The notes below the pieces were generated by a model. It did not search any database. It had not been told where the DNA came from and saw only the letters and a program-made list of their open reading frames with translations. From Pyruvatibacter sp. (GTDB taxonomy: Bacteria > Pseudomonadota > Alphaproteobacteria > CGMCC-115125), in NCBI RefSeq assembly GCF_040219635.1, contig NZ_JAVJSC010000003.1:548120-612119 (forward strand): DNA of 64,000 bases. Direction: 5' to 3'. Below are positions 62,463 to 64,000 of this stretch, piece after piece (the first letter of the stretch is position 1; each line of letters begins with the position of its first letter). The position numbers were made by a program, and so were the translations under genes.

Positions 62463-64000
62463 CTAGCCGCCCTGCGACCCGGCTGCGATCGCCGCCTTGC
62501 GGTCTTCGCGGGCGCGGGTAACGATGTAGCCATAGATCAGATCGATCTCTTCATCAGAATGAAGGTCCGAGAACTTTGCCATACCTGTGTGGCCCAGCAT
62601 TCCATCCGCCACAATCGCCTTGAAGTTTTCATGGATGACCGGCGACATGTAGCGAAGGTCAGGAATAACCCCCGGTGAAATGGCCAGAGCGCCATGACAC
62701 AGCGCACAGGTTCCCATGAACAGCACACCGCCCTGCCGTACTTCGGCAGCGGTAAGCTGCACGTCAGAAGGCGGTTCGGGGATGTTGAGGTTTTTCTCGG
62801 TCACCTGCGGATACTCCGCCGTACCGCCAACCTCAAACACGAGCAACCGGCCTTCGTTGCCATAACGCGCCGCCGACGCCGTGCGGGCATCGCCTGCGGT
62901 GATGGCCGCACCGCCCCAGCCAAGCAGCACAGCAACATATTGCTTGCCATCAACCGCATAGGTGATGGGTGGCGCAATGATGCCTGTCTTGGTTTCAACT
63001 TCCCAAAGCTGCTCGCCATTGTCCGCACGGTAGGCGCGGAACATGCCATCGCCAGTACCCTGGAACACCAGGTTGCCCGCTGTTGTCAGCACGCCCCCGT
63101 TCCAGTGGTCCTTGTGGATGACCGCCCAGGCTTCTTCCTGCTTGACCGGATCCCATGCCTTAAGAACACCGCGGTTGTAGGGAAGATCGCCTTCGGCTTC
63201 CAGTGTCTCGATGATGGTGTCGTAATAGGCATCCCACTTCATGCCGGTGTTCCACCAGCGGTCACGGATTTCATGCACCTCCTGGGAATCCGCATAGATG
63301 CCGAATGTCTCCATGGCGGGGATGTACACCAGCCCCGTGTCCGGGTTGAACGCCATCGGATGCCAGTTATGGCCGCCGATCGCGCCTGGCAGAACAATCT
63401 GCGTTTGGTCTTCGTAATCGGATTCCGGTGCCTCCACGGGCCGCCCGGTTTCCATGTCCACATGGGTGGCCCATGTTGCGAGCGTATATTTCTCGGCCGA
63501 AATAAGTTCGCCCGTCACCCGGTCCAGAACATAGAAGAACCCGTTCTTGGGTGCCTGCATCGCAACCTTGCGCATCTCACCGTCTATTTCGAGATCGGCC
63601 AGAATAATGTGCTGTGTAGCGGTGTAGTCCCATGTGTCGCCGGGCGTTGTCTGATAGTGCCATTTGAGATCGCCCGTATCCGGGTCCACCGCGAGAATGG
63701 ACGACAGATAGAGGTTGTCGCCACCACCGGGAGACCGCACATAGCGCGACCATGGCGAGCCGTTGCCGGTCCCCACGTAAAGCGTGTTGAGCTCCGGATC
63801 ATAGACCATGGTGTCCCAGGTGGTGCCGCCCCCGCCGATTTCCCACCACGGCGGGCCGGTGTAATCCTCGCCCATGGACCATGTATCCATGGCCGCTTCG
63901 AGAGCCGGGCTTTCAGCAGGCTCGTCCGGGTTGCCGGGCACCGTATAGAAGCGCCAAAGTTGCTCGCCGGTATTGGCGTCGTAGGCCGTGAAGTAACCGC
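62463..64000 (-). CDS. PQQ-dependent quinohaemoprotein (type II) alcohol dehydrogenase, C-terminal ~510 aa (gene continues right of the window)
   Basis: Beta-propeller W-motif repeats (...TWDY..., ...GGHNWHPMAF..., ...WNGGVLTTAGNLVFQGT...) and a C-terminal cytochrome c domain CALCHG. The ORF is open to position 64000. Confidence 0.85.
   Translation of the reverse strand, partial: GYFTAYDANTGEQLWRFYTVPGNPDEPAESPALEAAMDTWSMGEDYTGPPWWEIGGGGTTWDTMVYDPELNTLYVGTGNGSPWSRYVRSPGGGDNLYLSSILAVDPDTGDLKWHYQTTPGDTWDYTATQHIILADLEIDGEMRKVAMQAPKNGFFYVLDRVTGELISAEKYTLATWATHVDMETGRPVEAPESDYEDQTQIVLPGAIGGHNWHPMAFNPDTGLVYIPAMETFGIYADSQEVHEIRDRWWNTGMKWDAYYDTIIETLEAEGDLPYNRGVLKAWDPVKQEEAWAVIHKDHWNGGVLTTAGNLVFQGTGDGMFRAYRADNGEQLWEVETKTGIIAPPITYAVDGKQYVAVLLGWGGAAITAGDARTASAARYGNEGRLLVFEVGGTAEYPQVTEKNLNIPEPPSDVQLTAAEVRQGGVLFMGTCALCHGALAISPGVIPDLRYMSPVIHENFKAIVADGMLGHTGMAKFSDLHSDEEIDLIYGYIVTRAREDRKAAIAAGSQGG

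Noticed and set aside
1-64000. Search for CRISPR arrays, rRNA, IS elements/transposases and additional tRNAs.
   Set aside because: No regularly spaced short repeats, no rRNA-like sequence, and no DDE or serine transposase motifs in any listed ORF. The only tRNA-like sequences are the intact tRNA-Gly and its two partial copies.

Overview
High-GC chromosomal segment, probably from an alphaproteobacterial hydrocarbon or xenobiotic degrader. All calls come from reading the translations and recalling family motifs; no searches were run. The core genome (1-33.6 kb and 56.1-64 kb) carries two CYP153-type P450s and two membrane di-iron desaturase-like genes. It also carries an ArsR/BigR-type sulfide-detoxification cluster and a three-subunit molybdenum hydroxylase with XdhC and MocA-like maturation genes. 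A TetR-controlled five-gene oxidative operon and assorted SDR, acyl-CoA, GST and hydrolase genes are present too. Housekeeping genes sit on the right flank (YbbN-like thioredoxin, Lon-N domain, Trm112, HIT, UbiH-family hydroxylase, amidase, PQQ quinohaemoprotein dehydrogenase). The core is interrupted at a tRNA-Gly(GCC) gene (56033-56107, minus strand) by horizontally acquired DNA. A perfect 53-bp copy of the tRNA 3' part lies at 36122-36174, and an older, decayed copy lies at 33602-33648. Together they delimit a ~2.5 kb remnant islet (dehalogenase-like hydrolase, truncated SDR, CPBP protease) and a ~20 kb lower-GC integrative island. The island has a mobility and replication core: Xis-like HTH, prim-pol/D5-type helicase, tyrosine integrase, and a second integrase 3' remnant. 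It is otherwise packed with defence-type cargo. That cargo includes an AbiJ-like protein and a 780-aa PD-(D/E)xK nuclease / P-loop STAND-like protein. It also includes a McrA-like HNH endonuclease next to a possible UDG-fold protein, and an XRE-dGTPase pair. A PstI/BsuBI-like type II R-M pair is present, as is an unknown 253-aa protein paired with an XRE regulator. Directly beside the tRNA is an overlapping two-gene operon encoding a DUF262 (GmrS/ParB-like) protein and a RelA/SpoT-domain nucleotidyltransferase. I consider that last pair the best candidate for an undescribed system, followed by the nuclease-NTPase protein. No CRISPR array, rRNA or transposase was seen.
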